Below the pieces are notes generated by a model. That model was not told the origin of the DNA and did not search any database. It saw only the letters and a program-made list of their open reading frames with translations. This document shows positions 37,341-48,235 of a DNA stretch of 64,000 nt, in pieces (the first letter of the stretch is position 1; each line of letters starts with the position of its first letter). This stretch comes from Isurus oxyrinchus. Its lineage: Eukaryota. Where the stretch lies: assembly GCA_026770705.1 (NCBI GenBank), contig JANJGN010000008.1, positions 24,242,001-24,306,000 of the forward strand, read 5' to 3'. The translations under genes and the position numbers were made by a program.

Positions 37341-39505
37341 TTTCCGATGCTGAACGTTCAGTGCTCAGCAAAGGACTTAGTTTCATACCCTTACGCCCTC
37401 ACCTCAATGAATTTCGGGCTCGGCATGATACTGAACTCTTCTTTCGCCGTCTTCGTCTCCGGGCTCACTTCTTTGGGCAGGAGTCCTCTCCCAGTTCAAC
37501 GGATCCTTTTACCCATCTCCAATATTCTCCCTCCACCTGGACCCCTCCCTCTGGATTCTTACCTTCTCTTGATCTTTTCATTGAGAACTGTCGGCGCGAC
37601 ATTAGTCGTCTCAATTTCTCTGCTCCTCTCACCCATTCTAACCTGTCTCTCTCTGAACTTACTGCACTCCATTCTCTCAGGTCCAACCCTGACATTGCCA
37701 TCAAACCCGCTGACAAGGGTGGTGCTGTTGTTGTCTGGCGCACTGACCTCTACCTCGCGGAGGCTGAGCGTCAACTCGCAGACACTTCCTCCTACCTCTC
37801 CCTGGACCATGACCCCACCACTGAACATCAGGCCATTGTTTCCAGGACTGTCACTGACCTCATCTCCTCTGGGGATCTCCCTCCCACAGCTTCCAACCTG
37901 ATAGTCGCCCAACCTCGGACGGCCCGCTTCTATCTCCTACCTAAAATCCACAAACAGAACTGCCCCGGTAGACCGATCGTCTCAGCTTGCTCCTGCCCCA
38001 CAGAACTCATTTCTCGTTATCTTGACTCCCTTCTCTCTCCCCTTGTCCAGTCCCTTCCCACCTACATCCGTGATTCCTCTGACACCTTACGTCACATCAA
38101 CAATTTCCAGTTCCCTGGCTCCAACCGCTTCCTCTTCACCATGGACGTCCAATCCCTCTACACCTCCATCCCCCACCAGGATGGTCTGAGGGCCCTTAGC
38201 TTCTTCCTCGAACAGAGGCCCGAACAATCCCCATCCACCACTACTCTCCTCCGTCTGGCTGAACTTGTTCTCACGTTGAACAATTTCTCCTTCAACTCCT
38301 CTCACTTTCTCCAAATAAAAGGTGTGGCTATGGGTACCCGCATGGGCCCCAGCTATGCCTGTCTCTTTATGGGATATGTGGAACATTCCTTGTTGCAGTC
38401 CTACCCCGGCCCCCTTCCACAACTTTTTCTCCGGTACATCGATGATTACTTCGGTGCCGCTTCATGCTCTCGTCGGGACTTGGAAAAATTTATTAATTTT
38501 GCTTCCAATCTCCACCCCTCCATCATTTTCACGTGGTCCATCTCTGACACTTCCCTTCCCTTCCTTGACCTCTCTGTCTCAATCTCTGGTGATAGACTGT
38601 CCACTAATATCCATTACAAACCCACCGACTCTCACAGCTACCTCGACTACAGCTCCTCACACCCCGCTTCCTGTAAGGACTCCATCCCATTCTCCCAGTT
38701 CCTTCGCCTTCGTCGCATCTGTTCCGATGATGCTACCTTCAAAAACGGTTCCTCTGACATGTCCTCCTTCTTCCTTAACCGAGGTTTTCCACCCACGGTC
38801 GTTGACAGGGCCCTCAACCGTGTCCGGCCCATCTCCCGCGCATCCGCCCTCACGCCTTCTCCTCCCTCCCAGAAACATGATAGGGTCCCCCTTGTCCTCA
38901 CTTATCACCCCACCAGCCTCCGCATTCAAAGGATCATCCTCCGCCATTTCCGCCAACTCCAGCATGATGCCACCACCAAACACATCTTCCCTTCACCCCC
39001 CTTATCGGCATTCCGTAGGGATCGCTCCCTCCGGGACACCCTGGTCCACTCCTCCATCACCCCCTACTCCTCAACCCCCTCCTATGGCACCACCCCATGC
39101 CCACGCAAAAGATGTAACACCTGCCCCTTCACTTCCTCTCTCCTCACCGTCCAAGGGCCCAAACACTCCTTTCAAGTGAAGCAGCATTTCACTTGCATTT
39201 CCCCCAACTTAGTCTACTGCATTCGTTGCTCCCAATGTGGTCTCCTCTACATTGGAGAGACCAAACGTAAACTGGGCGACCGCTTTGCAGAACACCTGCG
39301 GTCTGTCCGCAAGAATGACCCAAACCTCCCTGTCGCTTGCCATTTTAACACTCCACCCTGCTCTCTTGCCCACATGTCTGTCCTTGGCTTGCTGCATTGT
39401 TCCAGTGAAGCCCAACGCAAACTGGAGGAACAACACCTCATCTTCCGACTAGGCACCTTACAGCCTTCCGGTCTGAATATTGAATTCAATAACTTTAGGT
39501 CGTGA
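37223..39505 (+). CDS. PLE reverse transcriptase + GIY-YIG endonuclease (chimeric N-terminus)
   Basis: LSKGLSFIP, KPADKG, YLLPKIHK, GRPIVS, MDVQSLYTSIP, QIKGVAMG, RYIDD, LPFLD; Cys linker CPRKRCNTC; VYCIRC..C..LYIGET, RFAEH, E...I..LGT....GLN. No stops. Confidence 0.93.
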   Translation: MEEWTRVSRRERSLRNADKGGEGKMCLVVASCWSWRKWRISDAERSVLSKGLSFIPLRPHLNEFRARHDTELFFRRLRLRAHFFGQESSPSSTDPFTHLQYSPSTWTPPSGFLPSLDLFIENCRRDISRLNFSAPLTHSNLSLSELTALHSLRSNPDIAIKPADKGGAVVVWRTDLYLAEAERQLADTSSYLSLDHDPTTEHQAIVSRTVTDLISSGDLPPTASNLIVAQPRTARFYLLPKIHKQNCPGRPIVSACSCPTELISRYLDSLLSPLVQSLPTYIRDSSDTLRHINNFQFPGSNRFLFTMDVQSLYTSIPHQDGLRALSFFLEQRPEQSPSTTTLLRLAELVLTLNNFSFNSSHFLQIKGVAMGTRMGPSYACLFMGYVEHSLLQSYPGPLPQLFLRYIDDYFGAASCSRRDLEKFINFASNLHPSIIFTWSISDTSLPFLDLSVSISGDRLSTNIHYKPTDSHSYLDYSSSHPASCKDSIPFSQFLRLRRICSDDATFKNGSSDMSSFFLNRGFPPTVVDRALNRVRPISRASALTPSPPSQKHDRVPLVLTYHPTSLRIQRIILRHFRQLQHDATTKHIFPSPPLSAFRRDRSLRDTLVHSSITPYSSTPSYGTTPCPRKRCNTCPFTSSLLTVQGPKHSFQVKQHFTCISPNLVYCIRCSQCGLLYIGETKRKLGDRFAEHLRSVRKNDPNLPVACHFNTPPCSLAHMSVLGLLHCSSEAQRKLEEQHLIFRLGTLQPSGLNIEFNNFRS

Positions 39506-39895
39506 GCTCCCTCCCCCATCCCCACCCCCTTTCTGTTTTCCCCCCCTTTTTTTCCCCCCTTTTTTTTTTCCCTATAAATTTTACAGATTTTTCTTTTCCC
39601 ACTTATTTTTAAATATTTTTAAATCTTTTATGCTCCCCCCACCCCCACTAGAGCTGTACCTTGAGTGCCCTACCATCCATTCTTAATTAGCACGTTCGTT
39701 TAGATAATATCACCAACTTTAACTTTAACACCTATGTGTTCTTTTGTCCCATTGTCACTGACATCTTTTGATGATCTGCTTCTATCACTGCTTGTTTGTC
39801 TACACAAGCACCTCTGTCTCTCTCTCTCTCTCCGCGCCCCCCCCCACACACCTTAAACCAGCTTATATTTCAACTCTTTCCTGGACTCGAAATCA

Positions 39896-39935
39896 AGTTC
39901 TGTCGAAGGGTCATGAAGACTCGAAACGTCAACTC
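39896..39935 (+). ncRNA. Minimal type-I hammerhead ribozyme motif (core CUGUCGA)
   Basis: agtt / CTGTCGA / agggtc-atgaa-gactc / GAAA-c-GTC / aact: stem I, stem II and palindromic ACGT stem III. Mirror copies at 36345-36384(-) and ~46878-46917(-). Confidence 0.75.
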
Positions 39936-41344
39936 GTTTCTTCTCCGCCGATGCTGCCAGACCTGCTGAGTTTTTCCAGGTAATTCTGTTTTTGTTTTGC
40001 ATTTCCAGCATCCGCAGTTCTCTTTGTTTTTATATTGGAGAAAGTAAAGTTTGTGGATCAAAATCGTGCATCATGCATGTGGTTCTTGATAATGTAGATA
40101 CAGTATATGGTATTTCAGACCACCTTACATTCTAAAAATAGGAAAATTGGCTTCATCACACCAAAATCTCTCTGTAGAGTACAAGAGCAAAATACAGCAG
40201 ATGCTAGATATCTGGAATAAAAATAGAAAATGCTGGATAGCAGGTCAGGTAACATCTGTGGAGGGAGAAACAGAGTTAATAACCTGAGTGTTTCCAGCAT
40301 TTTCTGTTTTTATCTCTGTGTTAAACGTTAAGTTTCCTTCCAGCTGTAGGACAAATGCCTTGAGTCCTTTTTTTACAAAATATTGGTAAGTCAAAAAAAA
40401 GGCATTATGTATAGAACTCAATTCTGCTATGAGGGAATTTCACCTATGCCATAACTAAATTCCTTTATTTCAGTTGTTGAATGAAGAAAATAGTCATAAA
40501 AACAAAGAAGTGCTGAAAATACTCAGCAAATGGTAGCATCTGTGGAGAGAAAAACAGAGATAATATTTTGAATCGAAAAGCCATAATAGTTTCAGACATC
40601 AAATGGTAGCTGCAGCTTGTTCCTCCACTAAATTCAGTAATGATGGTACGAGAGGGGGGACTGGGCAGAGGACTAGTTTTGTGTTAGTAAGTAGAAATTT
40701 TTAGGAATGGACAAAAACATGCAGCTCAGCAAGACTCTCCATTTTTGGTGGATCAGTTGTACTTGATGTTAGGTAATTGGCTGAGTACAGAAAGCCTTGT
40801 TTTAAATCCTGGCAAAGTGCACTTTTCAATGGTGGGTAAAATGCCTGATAAAGGCAGCTTTCATTGGGTAGTCTCTCTCTTTCCATGCACCTTCTCACCA
40901 TAGCTCCATTCTTTCTTTCCCCAGAATTACATAATTGTCTCAATCAATTTTTATTGTCTGTTTCAATGTTTACTGCTAACTTAATTTGCAACTCTATTAC
41001 ACATTGGGTGATTTTTTTTCTCCCTGACAGACTTCCTTTCTTACTCCAAACTTCCTAATTTTTCATTTGAATCCAATACTGTTGAACCCTACAACGCTGA
41101 ATAATTCATCTGGATCAACTTTATTGACCTCTTCATGATGGTGAAAAATGCAACTAGATTAGATCAAAGTCTCATCTTTGGCCAGTGTTCAAGAAGAACT
41201 TGAATTGATTAATATCTTTATAAGTGGCCAGTGAAACTCTCCCTTTCTCTCACTAACATGTTAAGTGATGTCACTATCAGGGCTTACATCAGAAGAGCTC
41301 TTCCATTCTTGCAATTCACACATGGGATCATTGTAACCATCAGC

Positions 41345-41585
41345 TGTAATATAAAGGGTTAACAGAATGGATATGCTAATCCATGAGGTACGTGATGATG
41401 TAGCACTGACATCAGGCAGTCATGTATTCTAGGCAGCAGATATGCATCCCTGAGGGGAGATGTGCCTTCCCTGTAACCCATTATGTGTATACTGTAAATA
41501 ATGTAAATAAACTAGGTTTTACGTAAATACCTTGTTACACCTACAGCTCTTCCTTATTAGAATCCAATTAGCACATCTACAATAT
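41345..41585 (+). mobile_element. Possible solo LTR
   Basis: Starts tgtaatat, internal aataaa, ends ...ctacaata; flanks tcagc/tcact only partly match. Confidence 0.35.
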
Positions 41586-42293
41586 CACTGATTCCAGAAA
41601 AGACAGTTATTAACAGCCCACCTCTGAGTTGGGGCAAGTTACTTAAATGTAACTTTTTACAGAGAGGAGAGAAAAAAAAGAGACAAATTATATGTATTTG
41701 CTGACTTTGAATGTTACTTGATTGAAAAACACTTGTGTCTGATGACTTTGTAAATTAAATCTCAAACTTTGCCACTTCTCACCCTCCTGACTGTTTTGCA
41801 GCTGAATAACATACTCCAAGTCAAGTGCTTTTAATTGTGAAAATTGAACAGAGTTGAGAGCCACCTGGTATGTAGTTTTAGCAGGTAATACCATTTTCAC
41901 TCATGCATTTACATCAACTTGTACTGGGTTATCACTGACATCACAATGCATGGATGTGAGGTAATACCTAGAAATCTATAACTTACATAAAACCATGGCA
42001 GAGTGCATAACACATCGGCTTACCAATGCTCTGCACTGACTGCACATGCTTACAGTTTTCATTTGGTAATGCTCTGATCTGATTTAGCCTTTGGAGGATT
42101 CATCAATTCTTCAAGCAGAAGCCAAATAAATACCCAGATATGAATGGCACTTGAGCTAGGCTACTCTTATTCAGATTATTTGACCATCTTAATTTGGATC
42201 TATCACTAGACAAAATCACATGGGCAAGATAATTGGGCCAATTTTCAGCAAATTCATCCAGAAGGGAGTATGCAGTCGCCATCACAAGATTCT

Positions 42294-42434
42294 CTGGCTT
42301 GGCCTAAATAGCCAAGTGGTTATGGTACTGGGTTTGTAACCACAAGATCGAGAGTTCAAATCTCACAATAGCAAACTATGAAACAATGTAACTTCATCTG
42401 AAACAGATGGAAATGGGTTTGTGCTCGAAAGAGT
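42294..42434 (+). mobile_element. tRNA(Thr-UGU)-like SINE, 141 bp
   Basis: 13-bp TSD atcacaagattct (42281-42293 and 42435-42447); A box tagccaagtgg, B box gagttcaaatc, anticodon loop tttgtaa. Confidence 0.85.
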
Positions 42435-45400
42435 ATCACAAGATTCTTAATTGATTCCTGGGTTTTTGTCCCTACTGATCTGTACAATTCTCTCCATGTG
42501 TTCATTGTATAAAGATCTTACTGACATTAATCCAAAATGTGCCCTTTTATAGTTTGTGCTGGTGCCTGGTAACCCTAATTTCATAACTCAGTTTGAAATA
42601 GTTTTCTAGATTTAACTTTTCTCTGTCATTTACTACCTTGGATGTCTTCATGAGATCACCTTTCACCCATTCAAGAAAGATAGAGAATTTATGGTTAAAA
42701 TAAAGAGTAACAACAGTGCTAGGTAACTTTGTCACTTCATCTTACTCTTAGAGACACTACGGCAAATCTTCAGCATTTAAATCATCTGGACACAGAAACT
42801 GTGAAAGCCCAAATTCAAAAACGAGACTTATTTATGAAAGCATTATTTTAAAAAAGGAACCAAAATGGAGATATTTTTCACTAATAGCAATGGAGTTCTG
42901 TTGGTGAACATTGCATGAAAATGGATGAACAACTACCCTTTAGATCTGTGATGTTACAATTCTGTAATCTGCATTTGCTCACTTATATTATTCTGCGTAA
43001 ATGTATCTTATCCTTATGTGTTCTGTGATAACAATTTTATTTTTAAAAACTTGACCACCTTATCGTGAAATTATTGGTGCTCGTGTTGACTTTTTTCACT
43101 AAAATTATAATTGGGATGACTTTTGCTCACATTGAAGCATATGTTTGTTCAGTTTAATATCAAATTTCAGCAGCTTCTCTGTAATTACCATATGCATTGA
43201 AATCCCTGAAGATTTCTCAAATTTTTTTAAAATCCAGTTTTGAAGTTTCAAATTTGGCTTAGAATTGGAAGGTTGTGGCTTCAATATATAACAGTCCAAT
43301 TACAAAACATGCCGTGGCATGATTGGAGAGCAGGAACTTCTCTGGCCTTTTGTATCTCCTATCCAACATCACGAGAATATAGATTATCTTGGATTTATAT
43401 CATGTTCTAATGAAGGGTCATCCACCTGAAATGTTAACGCTGTTTCTGTCCTGACCTTCTGAGTGCATCCAGCATTTCTGTTTTATTTCCATTTTTATCA
43501 TTGTTGCTTACAGGAGCTTGCTGTATGCAAATTGTGTGCCATATTTCCCTCCATTGCAATATGAGAACATTTTAAAGCATTGAAATGACTAATGCTTTAG
43601 GGTGCCCTGATGTGCTGAAAGGTGCTGCGTACATGCAAGTTCCTTCTTTTTAATATGTTACCTGATAACCTAGTTTGGACAGACTAAGGATCTTTGTTGG
43701 CATCTTGCTGGAAGCAACTGTCAAGAAACAAACCTACCAGAAAGAAATTGAATAAATTGAAGGAAAGTATTTAACATCAAGGTTTATTAGCATACTGAAG
43801 GGAGAAATACCTAAAATAAAGAAATTGAGGAATTCAGAGTCTCTGGTGTTAAAACTTGAATAGCATTCTTATTAAATGACCCCTGTTTACAAAAGAAAAG
43901 GCAGGTGTTTGTATATGTTTTATGTGACTGGGTTCTTTAGCTCTGAACTCTGGGAATCAAACCAAGCCTGTCGTCTGAGTGTGGACATAAGTTGTTTTGA
44001 CATTTGCTGAAATGTTATTACGCAATGGTTCTAATCAAAAAGAAACATCCCTAAAGAAAAGACTCAAAGTGAACGTGTCGGGGTAGTGATATGATTTTGT
44101 CTGATCTTTTGTGTATCCATAGTTACCATGTGCTAAATGATGTTGTCAAATGATTTTTCAAAACTGCTCAATCAAATTAGTGGCTCATACAGAACCTATG
44201 CCACATATAACTCAGCAAATTTAAGTCATTTAGGACATTTATTCCCAAGGCACATTTAATAAGTTACTGAAGTCATGTCCTCTTGTATTGGATGTCTGTA
44301 AATGACAGGCCTTCTTCCATTTCTAAACCATATACAATCAGGTATTAAATTTTCCAGATTAGTTGGTTGGTAGCTCCCATGAGGTATTGGAAAAAATTAT
44401 GACCAAAGAAAGTTGAGCAATATTCTGGGGTAAGTTTTAATGGGTGACTGCTTGTTTTACACCAAAAGGTGGGTGCTAGCCCCATGAAAATTGAAATTCA
44501 GTTTTCACCTGCCTATTCCACATTGGAAGTGCATTTTTAGGTGAGGCTTCTGTTATGGACAGAATTTGTGTAGTCCCTTCCAGTCCCTAATCAGGATGTT
44601 TGTATGTAAGGCGTGTGTATTTCCTAGCTCTAAGAGTGATTTTCACTAATTTAAAATAAATTCCTGCAGCAGGCTTTTTGGTGATTTTAAAAATAAAAAG
44701 GTAATTTATTACCACACCCTTGCCCCAAATGTTTGAAACACAATGTCTCAATCACTCATCTCACTCACACTATCACACGTGCAAAGATTAGATACAGATG
44801 AAGTTAAAGCAGTGATTATTAAAATGGAATTTATAACTCTGTGACTATGTTGATGTAGGCCTGATGTCATCTTAGTCGAGTTAATACTTCAGTTGGGGTG
44901 AAGGTCTTTTAGAAATAAAAGATTCTCATGAAGCTGCTAAGCCTCTTATAGATAAATAGCCAGTAGATTGGTTCTCGAGTGGTCTTGGAAGCTAAAGCAA
45001 GTACAGCACTTTGGCTGCATTGGAAGACTTTCAGCAGTTTCAGATGTTGCTTGGTGCTTCAGATGTTTCTCTCTCAGATTTGCTCAACTCAGGTTGTATT
45101 AAAATGCAGTCTCAACCCTAATTAACATGTTCTGCACATTGCACCATATGGACAAGGTGACAGTAAATTCGTATTTGAGGAAATGATTCAACATTTGCAA
45201 CCCAAGTAAACTGCTCAAGATATTTTCCATTCTGTAAGAGTATGCCTGGGTGCATGATATTATTCAATATAATTATTTCACACAAGGGATGTAATATGAT
45301 TCTATTTTATCAGTAATCTCGCAGGGCAGAAGGATTATATGACTCCTGAGCAACAAAGTGGAATGATTAAGCAACTTAGGTCTTCACTGTCATTGAGAAG

Positions 45401-45559
45401 CATTGGAGCCCTCAGGTGGCTCTGCGTGACACAACTTTCAAGAGACCAGAGGACAAAGACTGAATGATTCACAATTCTAGTTTCATTTTTCTTGATCTGC
45501 AAGTCTGAAGACCCTGCTGATTGCTGCTTCTCGCCACAATATATTTTCAATATCTATTA

Positions 45560-46300
45560 AGCAACTCACTTTGCCAGTCTTTGGGAGCAACATGAGTGGT
45601 ATTCGCCACTAACAGGATGCTGCCATCAAGCCAAAAAGATGTTCTGCCCATCATACAAATGAGTAATGTGGTATATGAATTTCAATGTCAGTGTGATGCT
45701 GTACACCCCAAAGTCTGGCAGACCATATCAAGCAACATGTCCCAGTCGCTGTTCGCAACAGGCAAGGTAGAGACTTTACCCGACCAGTCTGTTCTTGCAA
45801 AACTCAAAACATATTGCCCAACATTAGATGTGATTCCACGATTGGACAACATTTGCTAAACAATCCTCAGTGTGCTAAGAATTACACTGATGGCCAATTT
45901 AAGATTGTCAATCGAGCTTGCCGTGTGGCGCATTTGCGTGTACTGGGAGCTACATATATTAATACACAGGGCCCTGTGCTTTGCAGACAGAAAGAACATT
46001 GGACCTATTTCAGGTAAACAAAATAAGTGACAGGATTTGGTGACTCTTCCTCAGGGCAATGCCTTGACCAATCAGGATCAAGCTGCCTGGTTTGAATTTC
46101 AAACATTGTTTGGCAGTTAAATGTCAGTCACCATCACTGGTGCATTCTCCATGGCAATGCCTCTATCAAGCAGAGTTCACTTGCCAACCATCAGCATTCT
46201 CTTCTCATACAGTATAAATTGTTGTTTTCCCCTTATTTTGGTCTTCTTGCAAAGTGTCCTGATGAGTGCAAGACAAAAATCTTTGACATGTCTCTTTTTT
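45560..46300 (+). mobile_element. Penelope-like family 2 (Poseidon/Penelope-type), GIY-YIG region and 3' end
   Basis: KDVLP..QMSNVVYEFQCQCDA, STIGQHLLNNP.C, P.LCRQKE; hammerhead tgtc-CTGATGA-gtgcaagac-(g)AAA..tttgaca at ~46255-46288. Confidence 0.85.
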
Positions 46301-46386
46301 CACCTTCCAGTGAGCTTGCCTGATTTTAGTGGACATCTATTAAAGGATGCAAATGAGGGTCTAGTAATTGTTTAAGGACACAACTA

Positions 46387-47288
46387 GGGGAGAATTTTCT
46401 TCTCGTCAGGATCGTGTGGGGGTGGGCGCAGGCGGGCGCACAGCCGATTGGTGCCCCTGATCAGCTGGACACCGCCATTTACGTGGGTGGGCCAATTAAG
46501 GCCCACCCAGCGTGACGCGCGCCGGGAAGCGCTGTGCACTCCCTGTGCGGGTGGGGGGAGGTTGCCTGAGTCGGGAGTGTGCTCTTTCGCACATGCGAGG
46601 CACCTCTGTGCCTCAGGGAGATTAGTTTTAAGTTTAAACAGTTTAATAAAGTGTTGAAAAAATTTTATGACGTCCCCACATGTGAAACTGTCAGATGAGC
46701 TGGGACATGTGCGTTAATTTTAATGAAATTTTTTCTGAAAATTTTAAATCATTCATGAAACCTCATCTCGTTCCATGAAAAATGCAAAAGCCACCTGGAC
46801 TTTTCACCTCAACAAAAACAAAAGCAGAATTACCTGGAAAAACTCAGCAGGTCTGGCAGCATCGGCGGAGAAGAAAAGAGTTGACGTTTCGAGTCCTCAT
46901 GACCCTTCGACAGAACTTCGAAACGTCAACTCTTTTCTTCTCCGCCGATGCTGCCAGACCTGCTGAGTTTTTCCAGGTAATTCTGTTTTTGTTTTTGTTT
47001 TGGATTTCCAGCATCCGCAGTTTTTTTTGTTTTTATGGACTTTTCACCTGCCCGCCAACCTAAAGATTGGACGGGCAGCTCAGCTAATTGCCATAATTGC
47101 TTTTTAACAGATCTTAATAGGCCTGTGACAGTTCGGCAGGCACGCAGCCGACTCCACTGCGCGCCCGCTGAACTGAAAACCTAAATGTCGCACGGCGACA
47201 TCGGGACGTACGCCCGACATCACCCCACATCATTTTATGCCTTGGCGAGCGAGCCCCATCCCCGCTCGCTGAGCCGAAGATTCTGCCC
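46387..47288 (+). mobile_element. Harbinger-type MITE containing a nested mini-PLE
   Basis: ggggagaatttt ... agattctgccc termini; homologous to 60265-60964; flanked by aacta on both sides. Confidence 0.85.
46810..47035 (+). mobile_element. 226-bp fold-back mini Penelope-like insertion
   Basis: 14-bp TSD tggacttttcacct (46796-46809 and 47036-47049); inverted arm 46811-46918, forward arm 46918-47035; near-identical to 39895-40032. Confidence 0.95.
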
Positions 47289-47629
47289 AACTAATATTTT
47301 CAAGAGCCTTACCATTTAGTTCATCAGTTCTACATTAAACCCACAGATCATGGGCAGGAGCAGTTGGTCTGGTGTCATTTCTATTGTTACCTAAGAGCTG
47401 CATCAGCTGCTGTCAGGTAAATAAGTGATTAGTTCTTTTTGGATTTTAATATATAAATTTTGATATTTTCAAGTTGTTGGATCTGACTCTAAACTTACTA
47501 AAAGTGAATCTGGACATACCGGACATTGTAATTTTGATCAGGAGCAGGTTGGTGTTGTGGCCATTGGTATATGATTGTGACTGAAGAATAGAAAGGAGAA
47601 GAGCATGAAACAATAGTCCTGACACGAGC

Positions 47630-48235
47630 CTCTGCAGAGAAAGAGGCGGGAAGTCTATCCCATTGGCATACAGAGGTCAGGAGCATCATACTGACAGTCC
47701 AGCAAAGAGCACTTTAAGGAGTCTCCACTTTATCAGAGAGGCTGTCACAGAGCTATGTCACTCATCTCATCATCAGCTGCAGCCCAACAAATCTCACACT
47801 CATTCTTACCTCGGACTTTGAAAGCCATTGTCACCCTGAATTTTTTTAATGCCTTGAGATATTTCTCAGTTGAAGCAACATTTGTCAATTGGCTGTTCAT
47901 GCCTGCAACAACCAGGTGATGGATATGCTCTTTCCTGGGGTCAGTGACTTGAACTCTTTCCCTTTCAAGGATAGGAAGCAGGAAGGGAGACTTCTGGGTT
48001 TCGCCAGAACTGTGATCTCCCCAGAGATGCAGGCCATCATCAACTTCACACATGATCTTGTGAGCTCTACCACAAGACCCTGGAATATGGATCAACAGGA
48101 AGGGCTTCTACTTGCCAAATATGCTGTTGCTGTTAGTCAACATGCAACACATCATGCAGGTCTTTGCCAGGTAGCTTGGCAGCTGTTAGGATGCCTTTAT
48201 CCCACACCAGTCCTCAAATCCTGCTCTACCATCCA
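47630..48235 (+). pseudogene. Harbinger/PIF (HARBI1-like) DDE transposase relic
   Basis: LRSLHFIREAVTELCH; AVHACNNQVMDMLF...SFP...GFART..SPEMQAIINFTH; INRKGFY..NMLL....QHIMQVFAR*LGSC*DAFI, matching IDCTH / NRKG.HS.NVQ / PGS.HD of HARBI1-type enzymes. Confidence 0.8.

Larger units (their letters stand above)
36285..40032 (+). mobile_element. Penelope-like element (Neptune-type) with inverted 5' pseudo-LTR, very young
   Basis: 16-bp TSD tattggagaaagtaaa (36269-36284 and 40033-40048); inverted arms 36282-37340 and 38940-39998; RT+GIY-YIG ORF; hammerhead motif at the 3' end. Confidence 0.97.

Noticed and set aside
36775-37386. Stand-alone 203-aa GIY-YIG gene
   Set aside because: It is the inverted duplicate of the PLE C-terminus; its N-terminal residues are antisense of the RT and the start is not independent.
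38322-39179. 285-aa overlapping ORF in another frame of the PLE
   Set aside because: Pro/Ser/Thr-rich shadow expected from the C-ending codon bias of the RT ORF; no motifs.
42300-42372. Functional tRNA-Thr gene
   Set aside because: Acceptor and T stems are mispaired, there is no oligo-T terminator, and it lies within a TSD-flanked insertion.
42385-42434. Type-III hammerhead in the SINE tail
   Set aside because: Hairpin-hairpin-GAAA topology is suggestive, but the CUGANGA box is absent.
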